Shown: positions 52,901 through 62,219 of the stretch, one piece after another | Numbering within the stretch: the first letter of the stretch is position 1 | Layout of the letters: each line of letters starts with the position of its first letter | Source of the DNA: Hypanus sabinus | Lineage: Eukaryota | NCBI RefSeq assembly: GCF_030144855.1 | Contig: NC_082713.1 | Coordinates: 51,088,001-51,152,000 of the forward strand | Reading direction: 5' to 3' | Length of the DNA stretch: 64,000 nucleotides | Translations under genes and position numbers: made by a program | The notes under the pieces: generated by a model | The model's database searches: none | What the model was told of the DNA's origin: nothing | What the model saw: only the letters and a program-made list of their open reading frames with translations

Positions 52901-55900
52901 TTAATGTGGTGATACCTTTCTTAATCCTCAATTCTACCCACAAAACCTCACTGCAGTCTCCAGTCTGTCCTGACTGAGCACTGCAGTAACATTTTCCCTG
53001 ACTAGTAACACTGCTCCTCCTCCTTTAACCGCTCTTGCACTATCACATCTTAAACAACAGAACCCCGGAATACTGAGCTTTTTGTACTTTCATGGAGAGT
53101 GTATCTCAATGACAGGACCAACACTTATTGTCCATCCCTAATGTTTTGGCATGTTCAGCCAATTAAGAGGACACCCAAGGGTAAATCACATTATTTTATA
53201 TTTGAGTCAGATGAAGGCAATGGATTTACTACCTTGAAGGGAATTACTGAACCACATTGTTCCCAAAACAACCCTCCACTGATCCTATGGCTACTGTTGC
53301 TCCACAATTGTTTAATTATCTGAATTGAATTTCTCTAGTAACTGTACTGGGGTTCAAGCTCTCATCTCCGGATCTTTGCTTCAGATTCTGGATAACTAAT
53401 CCACTAACATAACCACCATGCCATAATGCGAGGAACTCTGCAGATGCTGAAAATTCAAGCAACACACACAAAGTGCTGGTGGAATGCAGCAGTTAGTCCT
53501 GATGAAGGGTCTCGGCCCGAAACGTCAACTGTGCTTCTTCCTGTAGATGCTGCCTGGCCTGCTGGGTTCCAGTAGCATTTTGTGTGAGTGACCATGCCAT
53601 AATGCCCTGTGATCTGCTTGTTATAGTATTGCATTGAATTATTTCTAGGCTTCATTGCCATGACACTTGGGCAGCAATAATTGGTCATTATAGGATCCAA
53701 TGGTTGGAGCATTTTCCCAATTCGATGTCAATACGGCCTTTGACTTTTTCTTCCTTATTGAAATGCACCCCTTACATTGTTATGAGCTCAGCATGCACAT
53801 CTAACTATACATCACCACCATGAGTCTTGACTGGTTCATTGGTCCATGCTGGCAGACTGCCTGTTCAAACTGCTATTTAGATTTGGATAAGCCACAATTT
53901 ATGCAGTGTAACATGAGTCATTGCCCAGAATCTGGGTTCACTTCTCAAGAAATATTTGGTCTTAATCTCATGCAATTTCCTTGATGGGAATTGACTGATG
54001 AGGAAGTTACCTGTCCATCATACATGTCCCAGTTGTGGAGCTTCTCTGACATTCCAGGACATACATTAAAAAGAATTCTTCAAACTTTTTTTATCTAAAT
54101 AAAATTACACAATATTTAAAGATGTGTGAAATGACCTGCTAGAGGAAGTGACTGACAGAGGCACTTATCTACATTTAAAAGTTACTTGGACAGGTACATG
54201 GATCGGAAAGGTTATAGGCATTTGCATCAACCATGGCAAATGGGACGAGTGTAGATGGGAATCCTGGTTAGTATGAACTGGATGGGCTGAAGATCTCATT
54301 TCTGTGTTGTGTGACTATAAACTCAAACCCTTTTTTTCAATAATATACTTGATTTACTAGTACTTTGTTTCTTGCAGCTATTGATTAAACATATTTTAGT
54401 AAGAAAAATAGTGCCAAATTTCCCAATGACAGAAAACCATTTAAACCCAATTTTGTTTTGTTTTAGCAAAGAGCAGGCCGTTTCCAAAAATGACCAACCC
54501 CATATTCATTCTCATTATAATTGTTTTAACTGTGAATGAAATATATTCTTGGTTAACTAGAATTATCCCAATGGATATCTATATTCAATATTTTAAGTCA
54601 GAGAACTGTAAGTTGTTTCTGTTCTCTGGTCTTAATGATTGTTGATGGCAATAGGATTTTCCTTCTCTGTCAGTTATCTCTCTTGTTTGAAGTTCCAAGT
54701 GTTCCTGATGACAGAAATTATTTACTAATAGAGATTATTTAATAACTAATCTATGTGAATAGATTTACTGAATGTAGAGTAGTTTTGTAATTGGGTGTAA
54801 GCACATTTAGCTATATGTCTTAGTTACTTATCCATCATCTAATTTAAACCACAGCAATGAGTTTTTGTTCAATATGAAGCTATTAATCAGTTGATTTAGA
54901 ATCTAATAAAGGAAAAATAGTAAGTAGAATATCTGTTTTTGTTACCCAGATTAGCAACTAAATGATCCTATCTAAAATGAAGGCATTGCTTGTTTTTAAA
55001 GGACCCACAGCTATTGCCATTGCACGTGAGAGTAATGGAGCGAATAAATGAGGCAAAAGAACTATAAGGGGGAGAGATTATATATATCTAGATAGGAGGT
55101 TGGAAGACCAAATGACAGTGCATGGAATCCACAGTCTAACAAAGTCAGATGCTCTAAAACTATTCAGAATGGCCTACACAGTATGCCTATGGAGATGATA
55201 TAAATATCTGTAATCTGATTTTTTTTGTTTGTAAAATGAATGTTTTAGCTTTTCAGAAGTGTGTTGAAAAATCAGTTATGAAATAACACTCTTTCCTTTT
55301 TAATATGCATTCAGCTCTTTATAGGTATTGAACACACTTCTGACAGTTAACTTATTTCTATGCTATTAGTGGAACATTGAAATAATTGCCCGTTTTAATG
55401 GGGATTTACTGAACTGTTCACTGGTGGGAGTTATTGAATTATTAAACCAATAGGCTATGAAAGAGAACAAATAATGTATGTAACAGTCTCTGATTGTGCT
55501 TGTAATCAAAAAGCTGAAAGAGTGCTTGAACGTACAGACATCAGATGCTAGTAGTCTTAGCATTTTAGCAATCTGTTATTTCTTTGAGGGTGGAAAATAT
55601 TTGTATCATCATTTTATTGCTGCAAGTTGGAACAATGAAACTCCTTTAAACGTTATAAAGCTGTAACTGAGCACTAGACTGCGTAGTAATTTCACAATCT
55701 TGAAGTCAGTGGAAATTTCCACTTATATTTCATATGAGCAACAACCAACATTTTACTTTTGCAGTCAAGGTTGTTGCACAACTGAGTTGTTGGTTGCATA
55801 TAAGGGATGACTTTTTTTCTCATTATTAGGAAAGGATGTCGCTCCGGCACCAAAACAGTGGAAAATGGGCCAAATCTAAAGTTATCATGGCAAAATATGA

Positions 55901-58900
55901 TAATGAGGTGAGATTTTTTTTTTGAATGGATAGATAAATTTCACAGCTTTTACTTGTATATTATCAAGAAACAGAATAACCACAAGTTGGTCACCGCTGG
56001 CTTTCTTTGCATTTGAGCTTTTCTAAACTCAACACAATTTTCTTCCAAATTACAACTGAAATAAGTATTTCTTAATTCTCTATAGCAAGGTATTGTTTAA
56101 GCTGAAATGTGGTTTGTAACATTCCAATTCAGTTTGCACATCTGTTTCAATTTGTACATTTAACTAAAAGTTGAAATTTAAAAGGTGTATTTCTTTCACA
56201 CTCCCTCCCTTCTCCCTTCCCACTTTCACAACCATGATTCCCCTCTCCCTGCCTCCTCTAGGTCTACAATACAGACTCATATCAGCCATGATTTTTTTTG
56301 CAGCGTCAATATAGTGAAATACACAAAAATTACTACAGTACTGAATGCCTGCAAGGAAATGACTCTCGGGGTTGTATATGGTGACATATATGTACTTTGA
56401 TAATAAATTAACTTTGAATTTTGTTGTGTGGTGTTTCTTAATGGATTCTATTGTGTATTTTTTGTTTTGTGGCTGCCTGAAAAAGACGAATCTCATGATT
56501 GTGTGTAGGATGCATACTGTGATTTTAAAAAACGTTCTTTGAAATTTGAACTTTTTAATAGTTCGTGAGAAATAAGCAGTAGACAATTCAGAGCTCACAG
56601 CAGTTCAAGCATTCAGGCTTGGAGATGCACAAGTGGCTGTGAGGGAAAATGAAATGATTTCACTACTTCAAAAAGTTAGGAGCAATGAAGAATTTGAAGG
56701 TGCCACCAATCATCGTGAATGTTACAATGAAAATGAAGATTTGGAGGAGGCAGTCGGCAAAAGTGTATGTGGGCAGTCCAAAGTTCAAAGTAAATTTATT
56801 ATCAATGTACATATTCATCACGCTTTACAACCGTGAGATTCATTTTCTTGTGGGCAATCATAGTAAACATAAGAAAATACAATAGAATCAATGAGAGATC
56901 CCACCCAGCAGGATGGACAACAACTAACTTGCAAAAAAGAAACAACAAACTTCCAAATAAAGAAAGAAATACAGAAAGAAAGATAAAAAATATAGAAATG
57001 ATTAAATAAACAATGAATATGAAGAACATGAGTGAAAGTGTCCTTGAAAGTGATTTCAGTATAGTAGGAATAGTTCCATTATGGGATGAGTGAAGTTAGC
57101 CCTTCTGGTTCAAGAGCCTGATGGTTGGAGGGTGATAACTGTTCCTGAACCTGATGGTGTGGATCGTGAGGCTCTGAATCTTCTTTCTGATGACAGCATC
57201 AAGAAGAGAACGTTGCCTGGATGGTGGAGTTCCTTAATGATGGATGTTTCTTTCCTGCAACAGCACTCTGTATAGATGTGCTCAGTGGTGGGGAAGGCTT
57301 TACCTGTGAAGGAACGGGCTGTATTCTTGTAGACCATTCCGGTCAAGGACATTGTTGTTTCTATGCCAGGCAGTGTTGCAAACAGTCAATAGATTTCTCC
57401 ACCACACATCTATAGAAGTTTCTCAGAGTTTTAGATGAATGCTCAATCTTTGCGAACTCCTAAGGAAGGAGAGGTGGTGTCATGCTTTCTTCATAATTGC
57501 ACTTGCATGCTGGGCCCAGAATATGTCCTCTGAAATGATAACACCAAGGAATTTAAAGTTGCCCACCCCTGCACCCCCGACCCCCTGCAACGAGCATTGG
57601 GTCATGGATCTCCAGTTTCCTTTTCCTGAGCTCAGTAATCAGCTCCTTTTGTCTTGCTGACATTATGTAAGAGGTTAGTGTTGTGGCACCACTCAGCCAG
57701 ATCTTCAGTCTCCTTCCTATGTGCTGATTTGTCACTACCTTTGTCACTACCTTTGTTGTCAGCAAACTAAAATAGTGCTTGGAGCTTTCCTTAGCCTGAC
57801 AGTCGTAAATATAAAGTGAGTAGAGCTGGGGGCTTTTGGTGCACCTGTGTTGAGGGAGATTGTGGAGGAGATACTGCCAGTCCAAACTAAGTGAGATCTG
57901 CAAATGAGGAAATCAAGGATCCATTTACTCAAGGTGCATCTACTATTTGCACTTGGTGTCTGCATTGATACGTTCATTTACAGTCGATCAAAAGAACACA
58001 GCAGCAAATACTGGGTGAATTTTTCTGTTGGTAACTATCAGGAACTAATACAGTTTTATAATACTGTAGTAATATAGATAGTGTTCTAATTTGTACTGTA
58101 TTTAAATACACACTTTGTTACTCAGTTAATTGTAGTTTGTGGTTTTTATATATTTTTGGCTCTTTCCTTGAAACTTCTAATTGGGGGCAGCCACTTAATT
58201 GGGCCAAAATGTACTGGTCTGGATGTGTCCCAATGAACCAGAATCCACCGTATATGATGCACAGTGAAATCCACTTGTCCATAAATTAATAATGTCAGAG
58301 GTTCAGCATGTACATTGGTAGTGAAAATGGAAAGAGTGAAAGTTGTTAGGTTAAGTAACAGTTGTCTCCCATGAATGTCATGAAAATTTTAATTACTCAA
58401 AATACACTCAGTGACCACTTTATTAGGTACCTCCTCTACCTGACAAAGTGATTACTGAGTTTATGTTCATGGTCTTCTGCTGTTGTAACTCATCCACTTC
58501 AAGGTTCGATGTGTTGTTCATTCAGATACCACTGTTGTGATGAGTGGTTATTTGAGTTACTGTTGCCTTCCTGTCAGCTTGAACCAGTCTGACCATTCTC
58601 CTCTGACCTCTCTCATTAACAAAGCATTTTCACGCACAAAACTGCCGCTCATTATTTTGTTGTTCATTTTTTGTTATTTACATCATATATAAACTCGAGA
58701 GACTGTTGTGTAGGAAAATCATAGGAGATTAGCAGTTTCTGAAATACTCAAACCACCCTATGTGACACCAACAATTATTCCAGGGTCAAAGTCATTTAGG
58801 TTGCATTTCTTCCTCACTCTATTATTTAGTCTGAATAATAACTGAACCTCTTGACCATGTTAGCATGCTTTTATGCATTGAGTTGTTGCCATGTAATTGG

Positions 58901-60004
58901 CTGATTAGCTATTTGCATCAATGAGCAGGTGTACAACGGTGCCTAATAAAATGGTCACTGTGTGTACAACTGCTTTCTTTGTGTGTGATATTGTAATGGA
59001 AATACAGTTTCTGAATTAAGTTGGCAGTAAATAAATTGATTATTGAAATTTTATTGAATTTCTTGGCTAATTAGTTTCCTAATGATTTGTAGAAATGTAG
59101 TTTATATAATTTGATCTGCGGATGTTTAATATTATCTTCTCTTTAGGCACGAAATGCAATCCAGAAGCAGTTGGAAAAGAATAAAATGCTCACAACAAAA
59201 GTGGTCCCTCAGTCAGAGAGTGAAGATGAAGTTGAAATTGAAGTGGATAAGGATGAAACGGTTCCAGATTTTGTGAATGATGTTCAGATGAGCACCACAG
59301 CCAACCCCTGGATGGTGGGAAAATTGAGTACTGATCCAATAAATCTTGAAGCTGATAAACCACAGATTACTACTGCTGCTGATGTGAAGTTGGATGACAG
59401 TGAAGAATCTGATGAATTGGAGAATCTATCAGAAGACGAGAAGTTGCTGCAGGAATTTGAAGAGAGACGGAAAATTCGTAAAGAGCATGAGGGTGCACAG
59501 ACTGTTAAAGTGGATGCAAAGGGTGCAAATAACATTAACAATAAAAAGAAAAGCACTGTGTCCAATGGTCAAAATGAGAAAGAGAAACAACTTGAAGATA
59601 ATGTAGGTGAATTTAGTAAGATTTTTCAGACATTGAATAAATCACAGCCTTTGTCAAGCAGAGCTAAGAGAAATCAAACCAAAAATAAGAAAAAGAGAAG
59701 CGAGAAGAAGATGGAGGATGCACAGATACCAGAGGAGAAAGACGAACCATTACTAAATGAACAGTTAGAGCGCAAAAAGACAGTTGAAGAGTTTGATGCT
59801 TTGGGTCAGGATGAACAACATGAACTTACTGTGACAACAGCCTTGAGTACTTCTCACATCAGTAACAGTGCTGAAGAGTCAGAAGATAAATCAGATACTA
59901 AAACTGAAGTGAAAAAGAACAATATCATCAATCCAAATAGTGTTTTGACACTCACATCCAAAACCATTGATGTGCCTTTACTTCCATCTGCAATAGAGGA
60001 GGAG
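10772..60004 (+). CDS. UTP14A: U3 small nucleolar RNA-associated protein 14 homolog A, spliced CDS exons 1-11 (3' incomplete): join(10772..10809,13500..13575,28399..28469,28901..28965,30478..30626,31756..31911,33345..33464,38011..38105,49990..50113,55830..55907,59147..60004)
   Basis: Exons total 1830 nt (610 aa). All introns are GT-AG with compatible phases. Translation contains UTP14 motifs: [79 protein letters not shown]. Confidence 0.96.
12734..13274 (-). mobile_element. Non-autonomous Tc1/mariner element (internally deleted)
   Basis: TA TSDs (12732-12733, 13275-13276); TIRs CACTCTGGCCACTTTTATTTGGTAC / GTTCCTAATAAAGTGGCCGGTTCGTG; transposase N-terminal HTH remnant [27 protein letters not shown]. 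Confidence 0.85.
13500..13575 (+). CDS. UTP14A: UTP14A exon 2 ([25 protein letters not shown])
   Basis: Acceptor tatttcag|, donor GAG|gtaata; acidic SEDE motif as in the vertebrate UTP14A N-terminus. Confidence 0.88.
14743..18411 (-). pseudogene. L1 ORF2p (APE endonuclease-RT-CCHC), broken into at least 8 fragments
   Basis: ORFs 18064..18411, 17580..18035, 17348..17629, 16839..17351, 15872..16771, 15420..15671, 15160..15441, 14743..14979. Confidence 0.92.
18856..19967 (-). pseudogene. L1 ORF1p (RNA-binding, Transposase_22-like), frameshifted near 19330
   Basis: ORFs 19335..19979 and 18856..19287. Confidence 0.85.
20317..20797. mobile_element. Tigger/pogo-like MITE
   Basis: TA TSDs (20315-20316, 20798-20799); imperfect TIRs CAGGTTTCCCCCGCTATCCGAAGG and (reverse complement) CAGGTGGCCCCCGTTTTTCCAACG. 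Confidence 0.8.
21103..23258 (+). mobile_element. Tc1-family DNA transposon with a decayed DDE transposase (about 22138-23113), interrupted by a Rex1/Babar 3' fragment (about 21407-22010)
   Basis: TIRs CAGTACTGTGCAAAAGTCTTAGGCAC and (reverse complement) CAGTTCTGAGCAAGAGTCATAGGCAC, with TA on the right side; motifs [34 protein letters not shown]. Confidence 0.88.
23530..24470 (-). mobile_element. Penelope-like element: GIY-YIG endonuclease 3' end flanked by about 285-bp inverted pseudo-LTR arms, each with a hammerhead remnant
   Basis: ORF 23838..24215: [28 protein letters not shown]...VATHFNS..H...[21 protein letters not shown] (PLE-type GIY-YIG with CxxC/H). Arms 23535-23822 and 24172-24451 are reverse complements. 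Confidence 0.9.
24758..25500 (+). mobile_element. CR1 LINE ORF2 (endonuclease-region) fragment
   Basis: [12 protein letters not shown]; [11 protein letters not shown]; [23 protein letters not shown]. Confidence 0.75.
25520..27191 (+). mobile_element. Gypsy/Ty3 LTR-retrotransposon internal remnant (gag knuckle, protease, RT), deleted and without LTRs
   Basis: [13 protein letters not shown] (CX2CX4HX4C); [12 protein letters not shown] (aspartic protease DTG); ARPVPY; [10 protein letters not shown]; [12 protein letters not shown]; HLDDI. Confidence 0.85.
27204..28040 (+). mobile_element. CR1 LINE 3' fragment
   Basis: [12 protein letters not shown]...KFADN RT motifs; ends in the CR1-type TCTTATGGTCTT tail. 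Confidence 0.85.
28399..28469 (+). CDS. UTP14A: UTP14A exon 3 ([23 protein letters not shown])
   Basis: Acceptor attttcag|, donor AG|gtaatg; conserved [14 protein letters not shown]. Confidence 0.96.
28901..28965 (+). CDS. UTP14A: UTP14A exon 4 ([21 protein letters not shown])
   Basis: Acceptor gattcag|, donor G|gtacgg; conserved ER.EASL..SEF.V. Confidence 0.95.
30478..30626 (+). CDS. UTP14A: UTP14A exon 5 ([28 protein letters not shown]...[12 protein letters not shown])
   Basis: Acceptor ttttccag|, donor AAG|gtgaat; motifs VKKQL and LPLNK. Confidence 0.95.
31756..31911 (+). CDS. UTP14A: UTP14A exon 6 ([36 protein letters not shown]...NWK)
   Basis: Acceptor ctcttgaaag|, donor AAG|gtatag; conserved WD.VV..NR.A.QL.FPL. 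Confidence 0.95.
33345..33464 (+). CDS. UTP14A: UTP14A exon 7 ([21 protein letters not shown]...AMCLEE)
   Basis: Acceptor catttcag|, donor GAG|gtatgt; lies within ORF 33135..33482. Confidence 0.97.
34292..35555 (-). mobile_element. Non-autonomous hAT (Charlie-type) transposon retaining the C-terminal dimerization domain
   Basis: Perfect 8-bp TSD CCATAGCC (34284-34291, 35556-35563); TIRs CAGGGGTGGGCAAACT and (reverse complement) CAGGCATGGGCAAACT; [16 protein letters not shown]...RSKLTDQHL (34955..35137). Confidence 0.92.
35190..35417 (-). mobile_element. Solo LTR (228 bp, probably Gypsy) nested in the hAT element
   Basis: Termini TGTAGCG...CGCCACA; 4-bp TSD AATG (35186-35189, 35418-35421); AATAAA on the minus strand near 35255; CpG-rich. 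Confidence 0.78.
35957..36190 (+). mobile_element. Truncated hAT/Charlie MITE ends (two nested starts)
   Basis: GAGTGGTCACCAACCTTTTT and CAGGGGTACCCACCCTTTTTTGG resemble Charlie TIR starts; no partner TIR seen. Confidence 0.5.
36448..37056 (+). mobile_element. 5'-truncated L1 3' end
   Basis: 13-bp TSD AAAAGCCTTGCTG (36435-36447, 37057-37069); ORF2 C-terminus [24 protein letters not shown]; AATAAA near 37033 and an A-rich tail. Confidence 0.88.
38011..38105 (+). CDS. UTP14A: UTP14A exon 8 ([31 protein letters not shown])
   Basis: Acceptor tttacttaag|, donor AA|gtaaga; Utp14 core motif. Confidence 0.97.
38823..39029 (-). mobile_element. Penelope-derived non-autonomous fold-back element with a hammerhead core
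   Basis: Perfect 14-bp TSD CACTTACCTGCACT (38809-38822, 39030-39043); about 60-bp inverted arms; minus-strand CTGATGA-AGGGTCTCAGCCC-GAAAC-GTC at 38908-38881. Confidence 0.88.
39575..42015 (-). mobile_element. CR1 LINE (ORF2 remnant and 3'UTR)
   Basis: [46 protein letters not shown]. Confidence 0.88.
42875..44832 (+). mobile_element. CR1 LINE (RT and 3'UTR)
   Basis: [25 protein letters not shown]; QRDLGVLV; [18 protein letters not shown]; CTTATGGTCT tail. Confidence 0.9.
44895..46316 (-). mobile_element. CR1 LINE fragment, tail-to-tail with the preceding CR1
   Basis: [21 protein letters not shown]; the 3'UTR is reverse-complementary to 44600-44830. Confidence 0.85.
45030..45100 (+). repeat. 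Short tandem repeat (CTATCAAC/CTATCAA)n
   Basis: About 9 imperfect 7-8 bp units inside the CR1 3'UTR. Confidence 0.85.
46317..47040 (+). mobile_element. Penelope-like element 3' fragment (GIY-YIG remnant, pyrimidine tract, degenerate hammerhead/pLTR)
   Basis: [30 protein letters not shown]; CAGTCCTGAATGAAGGATCTTGATCCAAAACATAGACTG near 46944-46982. Confidence 0.8.
49750..49875 (+). mobile_element. Penelope-derived short element with a hammerhead remnant
   Basis: CAGTC-ATAATGA-AGGTTCTCAGCCT-GAAAC-GTC-GACTG followed by the family tail GATGCTGCCTGACC...TTCCAGAATCTGCAG. Confidence 0.78.
49990..50113 (+). CDS. UTP14A: UTP14A exon 9 ([41 protein letters not shown])
   Basis: Acceptor ttcatag|, donor GAG|gtggaa; conserved NP.AALEEL. 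Confidence 0.95.
50465..53080 (-). mobile_element. CR1 LINE (same subfamily as 39575-42015)
   Basis: [23 protein letters not shown]; [18 protein letters not shown]; collinear similarity to 39575-42015. Confidence 0.88.
53430..53590 (+). mobile_element. Penelope-derived fold-back element with the best-preserved hammerhead
   Basis: Perfect 15-bp TSD ACCATGCCATAATGC (53415-53429, 53591-53605); short inverted arms CACACAAAGTGCTGGTGGAA / TTCCAGTAGCATTTTGTGTG. Confidence 0.88.
53494..53531 (+). ncRNA. Minimal type I hammerhead ribozyme motif (retroelement-borne)
   Basis: Stem I 5' TAGTC; core CTGATGA (53499-53505); stem II GGGT-CTCG-GCCC; GAAAC (53519-53523); GUC triplet (53524-53526); stem I 3' AACTG with one mismatch. 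Activity is not shown. Confidence 0.7.
55830..55907 (+). CDS. UTP14A: UTP14A exon 10 ([26 protein letters not shown])
   Basis: Acceptor cattattag|, donor GAG|gtgaga; highly conserved motif. Confidence 0.97.
56780..57945 (-). mobile_element. Rex1/Babar LINE 3' fragment
   Basis: [28 protein letters not shown]; [17 protein letters not shown]; same family as 2860-4120. Confidence 0.75.
58405..58964 (-). mobile_element. Non-autonomous Tc1/mariner element (second copy of the 12734-13274 family)
   Basis: TA TSDs (58403-58404, 58965-58966); TIRs CACTCAGTGACCACTTTATTAGGTAC / GTGCCTAATAAAATGGTCACTGTGTG; collinear with 12734-13274. Confidence 0.85.
59147..60004 (+). CDS. UTP14A: UTP14A exon 11, 858 nt acidic/charged region ([16 protein letters not shown]...NPWM...PSAIEEE)
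   Basis: Acceptor cttctctttag|, donor GAG|gtaaat; open frame matches ORF 59171..60052; [14 protein letters not shown] motif. Confidence 0.92.
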
Positions 60005-60944
60005 GTAAATGAATTAATAATGGTTTTTATAGAGTATAGTTATACTGACTAATTGGTGATGGTAATAGTGCCTGTGTTAGTTGTTTATGATTCTTTAAAA
60101 GCATATTGATCTGTTGCTAATTTTTCTCTGCCAGATAATCTTAACAGGCATGACAGGAACCAACCAATGATTAAAGATCTTAATAACAAAGCTAAACACT
60201 AACAACTTTGCAACTTTCTACCTGAATTTTATTGTCATTTTGAAGGTTTTGTTAATAACAAGACTGATCCTGAAACACAATTAATGGTTTCTAAATAATT
60301 TGGATTCCCTTTGATTTTTAGAAAATATGTTTTTGAGTAAATATTGTGGAGTATATTATTTTCCAATTGCAAGTACAGGTCTATCTGGCGATGGTATTCT
60401 AGCATTTCTAGAAACCTATTGCCAGTACTAGAAGATAAATTTAGCTGAATTGTAATAGTTGTTTTTGAAAATTATTTCATAACTTCTGTTAGATTCTAGT
60501 CATCCTGTTATTTCACTCCATTAGATTTGTAAAATGCCAATAGGAATATGGTGTGCACTTGATTTACATATTCAACTGGTCAAATATTGACTACTGCGTG
60601 GTCCCCAGGTTGAAATTTAAATCTAGCATTGCAGCAAGTGTTCAATAGAAATTTCCTGTTTTAAAAGTATTTTCTATGCATCAAAGTTGTGAACATAATA
60701 GTGAATTCCAAAGAGCAGCAATTAATCAAACATTTTCTGCAGTAGAATAATTTAAAAAGAAGAATTTCTATGTAAAAGTAGGATATCTGTATGCTGTTTG
60801 ATATTTATTATGATTTACTGACAAACTAAAAGAAATTCTTGTAAGAAGCACCTAATTCATCACTTGAAAATATGCACGATTGAAGTGGGTGCATAATAAA
60901 CTGATCACATGCTGCTTACGGGTGAATACCAGCCCAGTGTCCCA

Positions 60945-61660
60945 TGAATTCAAACCTGCTTCTCCCACACCAACCTTTGAGGACACTTTTAGCTCATACT
61001 AACTGTGTGCCTATTTCCACCTGGTTCAGGCAACAATCCAGAGATTATTACATTTTTGGTTCTACATTTAATTTAGTCCCTAACTACTCAAATTCCCTGA
61101 GCAGAGCCTTTTTTCTTGTTCTTCCTACCTAGTTGGTGCCCATATGGACACATCAATTGGATCTTTCTTTCCTACTCCAAATTTCTATGCAGGTCAGAGA
61201 CATGTCCCGAATTGAGTACTAGGCAGACTACACTCTTGATCCTTGCAACAGAGAATTGTGTCTATTCCTCTGACTATACTATCCCCAATTACAAATACAT
61301 TTCTCTCTGCTATCTTCAATGACTTCCTGAACCATGCTGCCATGGTTCATTTGCTCATCCTACCCACCGACTCCGCTCTCATCCTCACAAGCAGCAACAA
61401 CCCCAGACCTTTTGGACAAGTTCAAGGGCTGAGGCTCCTCAAGCAGTACTCCTTGGGTGTCCCTACCTGCCCCACTCGCAGTCACACTCTCTTGTCCCTG
61501 GCCGCAGACCGAATTTGAAGTTATTAATCTATAGGATGTGACTGCCTCCTGAAACAGTGTCCATGTAACTTTCCCCCTCCTTTGTGTATCACAAGCTTAG
61601 ATTCCAGTAATCATCTTAGAGCCTGAGTTCCTCAAGTAGCCAACACTTGTGGCAGATGTG
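60945..61660 (-). mobile_element. Probable CR1 5'/ORF1-region remnant
   Basis: Similar in style to CR1 5' segments (e.g. AACACTTGTGGCAGATGTGG, TTAATTTAGTCCCTAACT); heavily decayed. Confidence 0.4.
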
Positions 61661-61670
61661 GTGATCAGTA

Positions 61671-62212
61671 TGTGACGCCTGTGTAGCGCTGGTCTTATTT
61701 TGTGTGACTGGTCGCCGCACTCCTTATGAAAAAAATCAAATTCCATAGTACCACACTAGGTGCTATTGGCCATCAGAAGCTCTAGGTAATGGAAGGAGAC
61801 AGTGAATACAAAATGCACACTTCTGGAGGTAAGTTTTGTTTATTTAAAAATAACAATATATACAAAATATAGACATGAGTAAGAATTCAAAATTCCAACA
61901 TTCTGTGTCGGCTCCAAATCTCAAATATCAAACAGAAACCAAATTCCTTGTTAGTTAGAATCAGTGAGATTCATTAGGAGAACCTTTATTTCTCTAGCCA
62001 GTTAGATTTAGTGTTATTCCCTATCTAAAGGTTTACAGATTAACTTTTCCTTTTTATTTATCCCTATAAGTTAGAAAACTAATTGACTTCCTACTCTTAA
62101 GTATTATGGTTAACTTCAGTTTCAGTTCCAATCAGTATGTCTACAAATTCAAATATTTTATTTATATATACACACAGCATAATTCCTTTCACGACAATTC
62201 TCCAACATCACA
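61671..62212 (-). mobile_element. Possible LTR remnant
   Basis: Termini TGTGACG...CATCACA; minus-strand AATAAA about 170 bp from the end; no TSD or PPT found. Confidence 0.35.
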
Positions 62213-62219
62213 ACTTTTA

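Noticed and set aside
53995-54030. Isolated CTGATGA considered as another hammerhead
   Set aside because: No stem II closing onto GAAA and no family flanks.
59284-59606. Antisense and alternative-frame ORFs within exon 11
   Set aside because: Shadows of codon bias in a GA-rich coding exon.
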